Source: Isurus oxyrinchus (taxonomy: Eukaryota). Taken from it: 64,000 nt of DNA. The position numbers and the translations under genes are program-made. Positions 50,650 to 63,341 of this stretch are shown piece by piece (the first letter of the stretch is position 1; every line of letters starts with the position of its first letter). The notes below the pieces were generated by a model. That model did not search any database. It was given only the letters and a program-made list of their open reading frames with translations, and was not told the origin of the DNA. The DNA lies in NCBI GenBank assembly GCA_026770705.1, contig JANJGN010000121.1:186001-250000 (forward strand), written 5' to 3'.

Positions 50650-51049
50650 TTCTCGCTCTTACACTCACAAAATTTTTCTCTATCACACTCTTCTGCTCTC
50701 TCTCTCTCACACACACACATTCTCTCTCTAACATTCACAATCTCTCTCTATCGCACTCTTCTGCTCTCTATCTCTCTCTCTCTCACACACACACATTCTC
50801 TCTCTAACACTCACAATCTCTCTCTATCGCACTCTTCTGCTCTCTATCTCTCTCTCACACACACACATTCTCTCTCTAACATTCACAATCTCTCTCTATC
50901 ACACTCTTCTGCTCTATCTCTCTCTCTCTCACACACATTCTCTCTCTAACACTCACAATCTCTCTCTATCACACTCTTCTGCTCTATCTCTCTCTCTCTC
51001 TCACACATTCTCTCTCTAACACTCAATCTCTCTCTATCACACTCTTCTG

Positions 51050-51080
<31 letters not shown>

Positions 51081-51468
51081 TCTCTCTCTAACAAACACAA
51101 TCTCTCTCTATCACACTCTTCTGCTCTATCTCTCTCTCTCACACACACACATTCTCTCACACACACACATTCTCTCTCTCTCACACACATACATTCTCTC
51201 TCTCTCAGACACTCTCATTCTCTCTCTCTCAAACATTTACCATCTCTCTCTATCTTTCTCTTCTGCTGTCTCCCTCTTTCTCACTCTCATGCACTCTCTC
51301 CCTCACACACACAGAATCTCTCACACACACACACACTCTCCCTCACACACACAGAATCTCTCTCACATACACACACAGAATCTCTCTCACACACACACAA
51401 TCTCTCCCTCACACACACATCCTCCCTCACACACACACACACTCTCTCTGATACGCACAATCTCTCCC
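50160..51468. repeat. Compound (CT)n/(CA)n tandem repeat, unit about 70 bp
   Basis: cttctgctctatctctctctctcacacacacacattctctctctaacactcacaatctctctctatcacact repeats. Confidence 0.95.
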
Positions 51469-51598
51469 NNNNNNNNNNNNNNNNNNNNNNNNNNNNNNNN
51501 NNNNNNNNNNNNNNNNNNNNNNNNNNNNNNNNNNNNNNNNNNNNNNNNNNNNNNNNNNNNNNNNNNNNNNNNNNNNNNNNNNNNNNNNNNNNNNNNNN
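51469..51598. other. Assembly gap
   Basis: Run of N. Confidence 1.
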
Positions 51599-51714
51599 GT
51601 ACACACTCTTTCTAACTCTTTTTCTCTCTCACAGACTCTCTCTGTCTCTCTCGCTCTCTCTCTCTCTCACACACACTCTCTCTAATACGGAAGGTTGTGG
51701 TTTTAAGACGTGCT

Positions 51715-52130
51715 CATGATTTCTGCTCAAAACCCAGGCAGATTCTCCCCAGTGAGGGAGTACTGAGGGTGTGCTGCACTGTCAGAGGGTCAGTACTGAG
51801 GGAGTGCTGCACTGTCAGAGGGTCAGTACTGAGGTAGTGCTGCACTGTCAGAGGGTCAGTAGTGAGGGAGTGCTGCACTGTCAGAGGGTCAGTACTGAGG
51901 GAGTGCTGCACTGTCAGAGGGTCAGTACTGAGGGAGTGCTGCACTGTCAGAACTGTCGTAATTCAGATGATGTTTGAAATTAGCAACATGCCTCATGTAA
52001 AATTCTATATCATCAGCTCAATATAAATAGATTAGTCCTGTACGTTTCACTTCACTGCAAATTGTTCATGGTTTCATTTCCTTGTTAACCAGGCTCATGT
52101 GATGACTATTTTTAAATAATGTTTGTTATT
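51715..52130. repeat. Local duplicate (with 33-bp array) of 53985-54620
   Basis: ctcaaaacccag...ctccccagtgagggag and attcagatgatgtttgaaattagcaacatgcctcatgt shared. Confidence 0.88.
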
Positions 52131-53039
52131 TGGAACAAGGGGCCATGCCTGAACAGATAACTGTCGGATCAAGCAGCTGGGTTTTTTCTTGAACCTGGCT
52201 TCATTCAGATGTTTGCTGCTGGACATGAGATCATTAATGTGTGAATGTAGAATCGGAGTCACCTCAGTGAACAGCAGCATTGGTTGAACAGCCTGATCTG
52301 CAATAAGAACTGCTGAACACAATGTCCGTTCAGAACAGCTCGGTCCCCGATCAGAGAAACAGCCTCAGACAGAACCAACTGACGCTGGAATCCATACAAT
52401 TCATCAACGTGTTGGGAGTTAGTTTGATGTCGGAGATGGAGTGTTACTGGGAAGGATGGAACCCGTCAGGATGAACAGCTCGATGTACGACAAGGAAAGG
52501 ATGAGCTAAGAGGGGTTGGTCACGGACAGACGGAGCATGTGAAGACTCAACAAGCTAATGGCAGGTGAAGAGCTGGAAAGGTGTCTTTTCAACACAAGGT
52601 TTAGACACAGAACTCGATGTTTGATTGGGTATTTCAAACCAGAGAAACTCTTTACAGGGTGAATGGACCTTGTCAATAATCCATCCAGCCAACCTCGCCT
52701 GGAGATTAGTCCAATATTAGACACTAAACCGAGACCCCCGTCTGCCCTCTCGGGCGGGTGTGAAAGATCCCACAGCCACTATTTGGAGGAAGAGCAGGGG
52801 GGAGATCTCCCCGGTGTCCTGGCACCAATATTTATCCCTCAACCAACATCACCAAAAACAGATGATCACATTGCTGTTTGTGGGAGCTTGCTGTGCGCTA
52901 ATTGGCTGCTGCGTTTCCTACATTACAACAGTAACCACACTTCGAAAAAAGGGTGAACTCAACTGTAAAGTGTTCTGGGACATCCAGAGACCATGCTGTA
53001 CAGAAGAGATTTGACAGGAGCAGCAAGTGTTTTACTTAC

Positions 53040-53122
53040 AGGAGAATGAGTCCCCAGGGTTGTAGAGTCAATCCTGTCAGATGAATGTCTAACTGGAGAC
53101 ACTTCAGGGAGCTGATCTAATT
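53040..53122 (-). other. Candidate small non-coding exon, possibly 5'UTR of gene C
   Basis: catttccag acceptor and gtaagt donor only. Confidence 0.25.
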
Positions 53123-53469
53123 CTGGAAATGTTCAGTTTACCAGGATCGGAGGAGAGATGATCTTCCTCTCCTGACTGCATCGGACACGAGGTGAACTAG
53201 CTCTGGGAGGAGGGTCAGTGTTAACCCAGTTTTTCTGTGTTTGAGGGAGATGTGAAACTGGGGAAGTCACGTGGTTTTTTGGTGTGGTCACTCCATGTCT
53301 TTATTTGGTGCAGCACTCATTTAGTTCATGTCATTGTTTCAATGCTACAAAACCACAGCGCATTCTGGACTATTCCTGCCTGACCTGCTGTCAGATACAC
53401 GCAGTCTGACAGAGAGGCGGAAAAGTGGTCCCTAGCAACGTGTGAAACTGTAAACTCGGCTCAGTCAGA

Positions 53470-53950
53470 ATGCACATGCAGACACACACACATACGTACA
53501 CACATTTTCTCTTGTTCATTCTTTTAAACACACACACTCCCTCTCAAATACACACACCCTCTCTCGCACACTCCTTCTCTCAAACACATACACCCTCTCT
53601 CTCAAACACACACACACACGCTCTCACGCACACGCTCTCTCACATACACACTCTCTCTTTCACACACACACTATCTAACACACACAGATTCTCTCTCTTT
53701 CTTTCTCTCTCACACATAAGCTCTCTCTCTATCACAGACATTCCCTTTCTCTCACACACACTCTCTCTCTCACACAATTCAGCTACCTCACTCTCTCATG
53801 CACACACACTCTACCTCTCTTTCGCTCTCTCACACATTTTCTCTTTCTCTCTATCCTTCTCTCTCGCACACATACGCACTGTCACTCTCTCACACACACA
53901 TTGTCTCTCTTTCTCACACACGCACTCACTCTCTCTCTCTCTCTCTCTCC
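53470..53950. repeat. CA/CT low-complexity tract
   Basis: Composition. Confidence 0.9.
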
Positions 53951-54017
53951 AAGACAGCAGGTTGGGGTTTTCAAACCGTCTCAAGGTTTCAGCTCAAAAC
54001 CCAGAAGGACTCTCCCC

Positions 54018-54445
54018 AGTGAGGGAGTGCTGAGGGAGTGCTGCACTGTTGGAGGGTCAATATTGAGGGAGTGCTGCACTGTCAGAGGGTCAGTACTGAG
54101 GGAGTGCTGCACTGTCAGGAGGTCAGTACTGAGGGAGACCCTGCTCTATCAAAGGGTCAGTACTGAGGCAGTGCTGAACTGTCAGAGGGTCAGTACTTAG
54201 GGAGTGCTGCACTGTCAGAGGGTCAGTATTGAGGGAGTGCTGCACTGTTGGAGGGTTAGCACTGAGGGAGTGCTGCACTTCCAGAGGGTCAGTGCTGAGG
54301 GAATGCTGCATTGTCAGAGGGTCAGTACTGAGGGAGTGCTGCACTCCCAGAGGGTCAATACTGAAGGAGTGCTGCACTCTCAAATGGTCAATGCTGAGGG
54401 AGTGCTGCACTGTCAGAGGGTGGACACTGAGGGAATGCTGCTCTG
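54018..54445 (+). repeat. 33-bp minisatellite array
   Basis: Tandem units. Confidence 0.93.
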
Positions 54446-54799
54446 TCAGACCTGCCATATTTCAGATGATGTTTGAAATTAGCAACATGCCTCATGTATA
54501 ATTATATATCATCAACTCAAAATAAATAGATTATTCCTGTACGTTTCACTTTACTGTAAATTGTTTGCAGTTTCATCTCCTTAGAAGCCAGGTTTGTGTG
54601 ATCACTATTTTTAAATAACGTTAATAATAAAGATGCGACAATCCACATGCACACATGTACACACACACACACACTCACTCACAAGTGTACATAGACAGAC
54701 ACACACTCACTCACACATGTTCACCCAGACACACACACACAGATACACACCTACTCACACAAGCAGACAGACAGATACACACACAGACACACAAGTCAT

Positions 54800-57015
54800 A
54801 ATTAAAAAGTTAGAGTCCAATAAAAATTTAAAGGAATATATGATTAATACAATTGCTTGTCTTTGAGGCGTAGATTTTTGACATTTGCAGCTGTTCAAGG
54901 TTAATTGGTTTCCTGTGGCATCCTTGTAGTGATCTGATTCAGATTTGCACTTTGTTGGAGATGCTCTGTTAGCTTCAGAAAGAGAGAGAGAGAGAGAGAG
55001 AATTTCTGCTCTTTTCCAGCAGTGTATTTGAGTGACTGCCATCTTTCTTTTTCCTCCTACTTTCTCTTATATCTGCTTGACAGAACCTGTTGTTAAACTC
55101 CTGTCTGTATATTCCCAAAGGGAATTCGATCAGCATGTCTTGCATTCATTGTCGCAGACCAAGTAATCCCTTTTTTGACTTTTGCATCTCTGAAACATTT
55201 GATGCATTTCAAGATATAAATCAACAGGAGATGGAGGCATTTCATCCTCCACAAGAGGTTTTGAATGATTGATGAATATCTGCATGGTGAGCAGTTCCCA
55301 TTACCTTGATAGACCTACAGTGATCAGAGTCCAGCGCTTTGCATTTTTAATGGAGCCCCTCTTTCAAGTGGACCCTGACACACCTCAGTGAGAACTTTCA
55401 TGCAACATGTCTGTAGTGCAATTCATTTGAAGCTTTCCAGAGAAGTGATCAAGTTTGCAGTATCAGCAATCAGGTGACTCGTGACAGCCATTTTTGATCA
55501 GTGCCTAATCTAGTACTTTTGAAAAACAGGTCTCCTTTAAACAGTTCAATACATTTTTGGCACGTTGTTTCAGTTAAAGGAAGCTCTGTTATGACATAAC
55601 AGATGGTAAATGCTGAGCTGTTCAAATCCTGGAGGGAAACTTGAAACAACTGTCACAACTAATTTCCAACTTGTATGTTTTGAGATGTGGGCTTTGAATT
55701 CAGTAGTAATGAGATTAAGATATTTAAGAGGTAATTATGGTTGGTTGAAAAAAAGGGTTTAAAATATATTTTCCCCCAAATACAATTTCCAAAACAAGTC
55801 TCTTTGATTGTTAAGAATGAACCAATTAAACCATGTTTGGTGGAGTCAAAGAAAGAGTAAGTTTATTAGTTACCTAACTGGAGGAAAAATAATTAAAATG
55901 GGACAAAACACACACACTAACGCACAGACNNNNNNNNNNNNNNNNNNNNNNNNNNNNNNNNNNNNNNNNNNNNNNNNNNNNNNNNNNNNNNNNNNNNNNN
56001 NNNNNNNNNNNNNNNNNNNNNNNNNNNNNNNNNNNNNNNNNNNNNNNNNNNNNNNNNNNNNNNNNNNNNNNNNNNNNNNNNNNNNNNNNNNNNNNNNNNN
56101 NNNNNNNNNNNNNNNNNNNNNNNNNNNNNNNNNNNNNNNNNNNNNNNNNNNNNNNNNNNNNNNNNNNNNNNNNNNNNNNNNNNNNNNNNNNNNNNNNNNN
56201 NNNNNNNNNNNNNNNNNNNNNNNNNNNNAATTATAGAGTCCAATAAAAAATTAAAAGAGTCGTTTGCTTGTACTGCAGCGTAGGCTGTGAAGTTTGAAGC
56301 TGTTTTAAATTAGTTGGTTTTCTGTAGATTCCTGTATTTTATCTGGCTCAGACTTGCACATTGTTGAAGACACTCTGTTAACTTCAGACAGAGAGAGAGA
56401 GAGTGGGAGAAATCATTTCTGCTCTTTTCCAGCAGTGTTTGTGGAAGACTGCCATATTTCTTTTTCCCCTCCTTTCTCTGAAATCTGCTTGGCAGAACCA
56501 TTTGTTAAACTCCTGTCTGTATATCCCTGAAGTCAATTCAATCAGCATGTTTTACATTCATTGTTATAGACCAAATATTCCCATTTTTTTATCTTTGCAT
56601 CTCTGAAACCTTTGATGCATTTCAAGATATAAATCAACAGGAGATGGGGGTATTGTATCCTCCACAGGGGGTTTTGAATGGCTGATGATTATCCGCTTGG
56701 TGAGCAGTTCCCACTGTTTTGATTGAACTACAGCTGATCAAAGTCCAGCACTTTACATTTTAATGCCTTCCTTTTAAGATTGTCCCTGTTTGAAGTGAAC
56801 CCTGACACACCCCAGGTGTGAACTTCCATGCAACAGGTCTGCAGTGCAATTCATTTAACCTTTCCAGAGAAGTGATCAACTTCACAGTATCAGCAATCAG
56901 GTGACTTGTGTCAGCCATTTTTGATCTGTGTACAATCTTGTATTTCTTTGAAAAACAGATCACTTTTAGACAGTTCAATACGTCTTTGGTCTGTTAGTTA
57001 AGTTGTAGGAAGCTC
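54800..57015. repeat. Diverged tandem duplication 54800-55590 / 56229-57015
   Basis: Shared agagtccaataaaaa, tttgatgcatttcaagatataaatcaacaggagatgg and cagtatcagcaatcaggtgact, with many substitutions. Confidence 0.9.
55930..56228. other. Assembly gap
   Basis: Run of N. Confidence 1.
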
Positions 57016-57134
57016 TTAATCGCAGTTTGTTGTCGTTGGGATATTGTCTTTGTGTGTGTGTTTGTGTGTGTGAGTGAGTGTGTGAGTGAATGTGTGTGTG
57101 TGTGTGTGAATGTGAGTGTGATTGTGTCTGTCTG

Positions 57135-57380
57135 NNNNNNNNNNNNNNNNNNNNNNNNNNNNNNNNNNNNNNNNNNNNNNNNNNNNNNNNNNNNNNNNNN
57201 NNNNNNNNNNNNNNNNNNNNNNNNNNNNNNNNNNNNNNNNNNNNNNNNNNNNNNNNNNNNNNNNNNNNNNNNNNNNNNNNNNNNNNNNNNNNNNNNNNNN
57301 NNNNNNNNNNNNNNNNNNNNNNNNNNNNNNNNNNNNNNNNNNNNNNNNNNNNNNNNNNNNNNNNNNNNNNNNNNNNNNNN
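57135..57380. other. Assembly gap
   Basis: Run of N. Confidence 1.
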
Positions 57381-58074
57381 ACAGAGTGAAACCTCCTTGA
57401 GTCTGGCCACTGTGTTTAACATTTAAGCCACACAGACAGGATGTGGTTAAAAGGTGAAACCACAAGGAGTGAGTGACTTTCTCAGTGACTGTCTCTCTGT
57501 GGGTTTCCTGTGGGTTTCTGTGAACTGCCTGTGGTTTTAAAAAAAATCTTCCAACCCCACATGCACGGCATCAAATAAGGAATTGGAAGCTGCAGCTCAG
57601 AGAGTAACTAGTCCCCCGAGAATTCACAGCCCCTCAAACACAGATTAACAGCATAAATCCTGACTGCCAGCCCACTCACTCATTGCCTCTTGTCTCAGAC
57701 ACTAGAAAGTGGAAGTTAAGGCCGGATTTTCACTCCCGGGTCGGGGGACACAGAGACGGCAGGAAAAAATAACAAAATATGTCTCGAGCACACAGAGCTC
57801 CAAGGGAAGGGTCGTGCTGCAGCTAAGGTGTGAGACATGGCACATTCCCCGGATGCAGCATTGAGGCTTGTATGTCTACACAGCTGATGTAGGTGCACAT
57901 GGAACACATGTGAATGAGCACTGTGATGCACACACACCCTGGAGAGTAATATCCCTCCATGCACTACATATCAGGCTAACATCAACTCATGTTGTCATTG
58001 CTGACTCACAGGGTTGAAGCAGGTCACAGAGACGGCTCCGTCTGGGGTTGGGCCAGCCTCCCTGAGGCTCACCA

Positions 58075-58620
58075 TCCTAACATTTGATTGGATCACGTCC
58101 GATCTGTATCTTAACCCCATCCACCCGCCTCGGTTCCGTGACCCTTAACCCCCGACCCAACAACAATCTCCCAATCTCAGTTTTGAAATTTACAATTGAC
58201 CCCTCCCAGTCTCGACAGCTTTTTCTGGGGGAGAGAGTTCCAGATTTCCACCCCCCCTTTGTGTGAAGAAGTGCTTCCTGACATCACTCCCTGAACGGCC
58301 TGGCTCCAATTTTAATGTTCTGCCCCCTTGTTCTGGACCCCCTCCTCACCTTACCCCCATCTGAGGAAATAGTTTCACTCCATTGCCCGTAACAAAGCCT
58401 TTAATCATCTTAAACCCCTCGATTAGATCACCCCTTAATCTTCGAGACTCGAGGGAACACAAGCCTGGTCTGTGCAACCTGTCCTCAGGATTTAACCCTT
58501 TCAGACCCGGGATCGTTCTGGTGACTCTGCACAGCACCCCCTCCAAGGACAATATATCCTCCCTGAGGTGCGGTGTTCTGGACTGAACCCAGTGACTCCA
58601 GATTGGGTGTGAGGGGACCT
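58075..58620 (-). mobile_element. CR1 LINE 3' fragment
   Basis: RRLRGDLIEGFKMIKG. Confidence 0.82.
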
Positions 58621-59039
58621 TCATAAAACTGTGCCAGACACTTCAAAAATCTCTTCAATTCAACCTTGTAAACGCAGTAGGAAAAATCCCAGGGGGCCAT
58701 TGTATCTTAGCAACATCGTAAACTTGGCCAAAAGAATCCCCCTGGTCACTCCTGAGTGTTACTAATATTGTAAACACAAATTATACAGCTCCTCCAGTCT
58801 CTGAGAAGCAAAGGTAGGACACTAGAGCACCACCACTGGTAGGAGGCTGTAATTACAGTGTGACATGTTTACATGGGAATGTTCCATTACCAATGACACA
58901 GGAACTTAAATAATCAGAAGGACATGTGATAACAGGAAGTGGTGCCTTGGAGAATGGAATTATTCACTAGAGTACGTATTTAATTTGATAAAAATGTACA
59001 GAAATGTCAGGGCATTTTAATTGCTTCTTTTTTGTATTC

Positions 59040-61100
59040 ATTCACTGACACTGGCTAGGCCAGAATTTATTGCCCATCCCTACTTGTCCTTGAGAATATG
59101 GTGGTGATCTGCCCTCCTGAGCTGCTGCAGTCCCTGTGGTGTATGTACACCCACAGAACTGTTTGGGAGGGAGTTGCAGGATTCTGACCCAGCGACAGTG
59201 AAGGAACGGTGATATATTTCCAAGTGAGGATGGTAAGTGGCTTGGAGGGGAACTTCCAGGTGGCGGTGTTCCCATGTGTCTGCTGCCCTTGTCCTTCTAG
59301 ATGGTAGTGGTCATGTGTTTGGAAGGTGCTGTCGAAGGAGGCTTGGTGACTCCCTGCGTTGCATCTTGTAGATGGTACACACACTGCTGCCACTGTGCGT
59401 CAGTTGTAGAGGGACAGAATGTTTGTGGATGGGGTGCAAATCAAGCGGGGCTGCTTTGTTCTGGACGGTGTCGAGCTTCTTGAGTGTTGTTGGAGCTGTA
59501 CTCATCCAGGAAAGTGGCGAGTATTCCATCACACTCCTGACCTGTGCCTTGAGGTTGGTGGACAGGCTTTGGGGAGTCAGGAGGCGAGTTACTCACCACA
59601 GGATTCCCAGGCTCTGGCCTGCTCTTATACTCACAGTTTTTATATGGCTAGTCCAGTTCAGTTTCTAGTCAATGGTAACCCCCAGAGTGTTGATAGTGGG
59701 GGATTCAGCAATGGTGATGCTATTTGACATTAAGGGGAGATGGATATATTCTCTCTGGTTGGAGATGGTCATTGCCTGGCACTTGTGTGGCATGAATGTT
59801 ACTTGCCACTTGTCAGGCCAAGCCTGGATATTGTCCAGGTCTTGCTGCATTTGGACATGGACTGCTTCAGTATCTGATGAGTCATGAATGATGTTGAACA
59901 TTGTGCAATCATCAGTGACCATCCATAATTCTGACCATCTGATAGAATGAATGTCATTGATGAAGCAGCTGAAGATGGTTGGGCCTAGGACACTACCCTG
60001 AGCAACTCCTGCAGTGATGTCCTGGAACTGAGATGACTGACTTCCAACAACCACAACCGCCTTCCTTTGTACTTGGTATGAATCCAACGAGTGGAGAGTT
60101 TTCCCTGTGACATGACATGGCATATGATGTGTGCTTGGTGCTCCAAATCCACAAGGGAAAATTGGTCATGCTATCACAATAGTTTTGCAATTTGTATTTA
60201 TTACAGGAAGCGTGCACTGAATTCAGGAGTAATGAGTTGACCACAACCTTTAGACATTTTAAAAATTCAATTACGATATTTATTAACAAAATAAAAGATT
60301 TCAAGCACAGACATAATACCACAGTTAGTTACAGCTAAAATAAATTCTCAAATTCCTAATTAACCTGACTCCCAGTTACAGAGCCTGTTTAAGGCAACAG
60401 TCCAAAATAAGATTTTAGATTAAAAACAAATCCAGCGAGTTAACACAGCACACACTTGACACTGGAATTCTAAATGGATTTCTCCAACTTTATTTACTGA
60501 ACATAACAGACTTATGCACAAATGCCTGGAGGCTTCTTAAAGTCTATTTCACACACTCCTGTTAGATCTTACATGGCCCCCAACATAGCCTTTCATTCTC
60601 CTTTATACATGTTTCTCTCTCTTTGATGTGTAAATTCTTTGGAACTGTACCTTTCCCATAATATAAACTTTCATGTTGCCAATATTGTCAATGAAGTTTG
60701 GGTAAAATTTAAAAAAAAACTCCTTAGCTTTGCTTATTGGGCTTGTCCTAAACAGACCAACATCCCTTTGAAATCTAAACAACCCCTTCACACCTTACAT
60801 GCTAACACAGCCTCCATGTGTTCTCATTAGCATTTCAAGTACATTTCTACATCTAGCTTCTTTTGATAATCTCAAACTTGCAGTCTACCTGACTCCAGAT
60901 GTAATTAAACTACACAGACAGACACATCTACACGCACACCCATAAACCTAGTTTACTACAAACCAGGAAAATATTAAGCAAATTATTATACTTTCGTACC
61001 ACCCCTGATTCCCATTGACTCCAGTTATGCTCGGGCTCCTAGAGGCCACACTCGGTCAAATGCAGCCTTAATGTTAAGGGCAGTCACTCTCACCTCACCT
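59040..61100 (-). mobile_element. Degenerate LINE, same family as 37440-39390
   Basis: GVAQGSVLGP, WQVTFMPHKC, MEYSPLSW; LINE sequence resumes at 61002 after an insertion. Confidence 0.88.
60106..61001. mobile_element. Probable solo LTR, about 900 bp
   Basis: TG...CA ends, imperfect TCCC/CCCC flanks, cleanly splits the LINE. Confidence 0.6.
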
Positions 61101-61294
61101 TGTATTAACAGATGTAAAGTTATACATAACCCATAAGCTTCTCACAATCTTTTACAGCATGGAAAAAGGTGCAGCATTCAGAAAGCTCACTCAGAACAGA
61201 TTTAAAAAGAAGTTGAGCAACATCATATTTGTGTTCATTACTATTTGGCCATGTTGGCTGCACACACCCCACAGCCCCACTCCCTGTTACACAC

Positions 61295-61543
61295 TCAGTT
61301 TTTCTGGAACCTGATCTGTGTGTATTCCGTGTCCTCGCTCCTGTGCACAGTCCTGTCACTGCTGGGCAGCTTTGAAAAGTTGATGTTGGCGTAGAGAAGG
61401 TCGGCGGTATTGTCGGGGTTCCCATGTCCAACATCGCCTCCCACTGGACCTTCAGAGAGATCCCGGGGAGCTGGGGTCTCCCCCTCACTAGTTGTGTCTC
61501 TGGTTGTTTCCCGGGGCTCAGAAATCAGCAAGTTCTGTTCATC
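61295..61543 (-). CDS. Siglec-like gene D last exon: ITIM plus ITSM-like motif
   Basis: ...DLLYANINFSKLP...EDTEYTQIRFQKN*; acceptor at 61543 or 61534 (both phase 0). Confidence 0.88.
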   Translation of the reverse strand, partial: DEQNLLISEPRETTRDTTSEGETPAPRDLSEGPVGGDVGHGNPDNTADLLYANINFSKLPSSDRTVHRSEDTEYTQIRFQKN

Positions 61544-61724
61544 CTCCAGAGAAATGGAAACAGAAGACATCCTCACATCATTTACTGGCACTGATAGGGT
61601 TAAATTATTGTGCAGCCTCATTAGTGTCAGTCGTGTCTCAGTGGGTTTAAGCCTTTTTTTCACTCTCTTTCTCTGTCTCTCTTTCTCTCTCGCTTTCTCT
61701 CTCTCTTAATAATTTAATCTCTAT

Positions 61725-62255
61725 CGCACTCCAACAGTGCAGCACTCCCTCAGTACTGACCCTCTGACAGTGCAGCACTCCCTCAGTACTGACCCTCTGA
61801 CAGTGCAGCAGTCCCTCACTACTGACCCTCCGACAGTGCAGTACTCCCTCAGTACTGACCCTCTGACAGTGCAGCACTCCCTCAGTACTGACCCTCTGAC
61901 AGTGCAGCACTCCCTCAGTACTGACCCTCTGACAGTCCAGCACTCCCTCAGTACTGACCCTCTGACAGTGCAGCACTTCCTCAGCACTGATACTCCGAAC
62001 GTCCAGCACACGATCAGTACTGACCATCAGACAGTGCAACACTCCCTCAGTACTGACACTCTGACAGTGCAACACTCCCTCAGTACTGACCCTCCGACAG
62101 TGCTGCACTCCCTCAGTACTGATCCTCTGACAGTGCAGCACTCCCTCAGTACTGACCCTCCGACAGTGCAGCACTCCCTCAGTACTGACACTCCGACAGT
62201 GCATCACTCCCTCACTACTGACCCTCTGACAGTGCAGCACTCCCTCACTACTGAC
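61725..62255 (-). repeat. 33-bp minisatellite array in gene D intron
   Basis: Tandem units. Confidence 0.95.
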
Positions 62256-62288
62256 ATCAGGTGCCTTGTCATTATTGTGTTCAGGTTT
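62256..62288 (-). CDS. Gene D candidate 33-nt cytoplasmic exon KPEHNNDKAPD
   Basis: Long pyrimidine tract plus ccag; donor gtcagt; phase 0-0. Confidence 0.5.
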
Positions 62289-62468
62289 CTGGTCAAAGAG
62301 CGAGTGATGGAGGGAGACAGAGGCAGGGAGCGAGAGACAGTGCTGACCACTGAGCCATTGCTGACTTCACAGGGCGATATCTGTGTGTAACCCGGTTGAG
62401 AATCTGGTATACGTGTTGTCTACACACTGAGGTTGAAGCTTTGGAGTGAGTGTAAACAGCTCCTGTAC

Positions 62469-62550
62469 CTGGTGCTTCACAGAGAGTGACCTGAGGGTCA
62501 ATGCAATGTAATTGGTCCCTGAACCTCTCTCCTCCATCGCTGTCTTTCTC
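62469..62550 (-). CDS. Gene D cytoplasmic exon RKTAMEERGSGTNYIALTLRSLSVKHQ
   Basis: ttgcag / CAG|gtacag, phase 2-0, in frame with the TM exon. Confidence 0.75.
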
Positions 62551-63244
62551 CTGCAATAACACAATATCACACTGTGGTTATCATATAGCAGAGAGTCAGT
62601 GCAGCACAGACACAGAGCCCAGTGTAACCTTACACCAACGACTGGACTGTCTCTAGTTCCAATAAGGGATATCAGCGTGACATCACTATAATGGAAGTGT
62701 GTCATGTGATCCAATCTCAATTTGACATTTGCTTTGAGCAGAACACACACTCACAGCTCTGATGCCTTCAAGCTTTCTCCGTATGTATAACTGTTCTCGT
62801 GCCGAGTCTTGATAAACAAATCATTAACATTCTCACCAAATCCCCTATGAGTGATTGGTGTTTTCTGTCTTATACAGTAAATAAGCCTAAGGTATAATAT
62901 CATTATAATAACACGCCATATCTTTGACCCCCCCTCCACCCCTGCTCTTCCCCCCATAGCCCTTCAAATGTTCCCCCTTCAAATATTTATCCAATTCCCC
63001 TTTTGAAAGTTCCTATTGAATCTGCTTCCAGCGCCCTTTCAGGCAGCACCTTCCAGATCACAGCAACTGATTATTATTCATCTGGATAACGGGCAATGAA
63101 AAACACTCTCTGGATCATAACGGATAAAGAGACCAGTTAGGGAGAGGCATCTGGCGCTTAACACAAGGGAAACAATCACCGACTTAAGGAAAGAACATTG
63201 AAGCAAATGTTTATATTAAAATCAAGTTAAATCTTCAGACTTAC

Positions 63245-63341
63245 TTTCTCACACAGATGAAGATGAAGATTCCAGCCAGGAAAACACTCAACATGATCCC
63301 AGCCGTGAACAATCCTACTGTCCATTTACTGGAGTCTCTAC
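63245..63341 (-). CDS. Gene D transmembrane exon (uncharged TM)
   Basis: tttttacag/gtaagt, phase 1-2; RDSSKWTVGLFTAGIMLSVFLAGIFIFICVRK. Confidence 0.88.

Noticed and set aside
51287-57465. ORFs spanning N runs and CA/CT tracts
   Set aside because: Artefacts of gaps and low complexity
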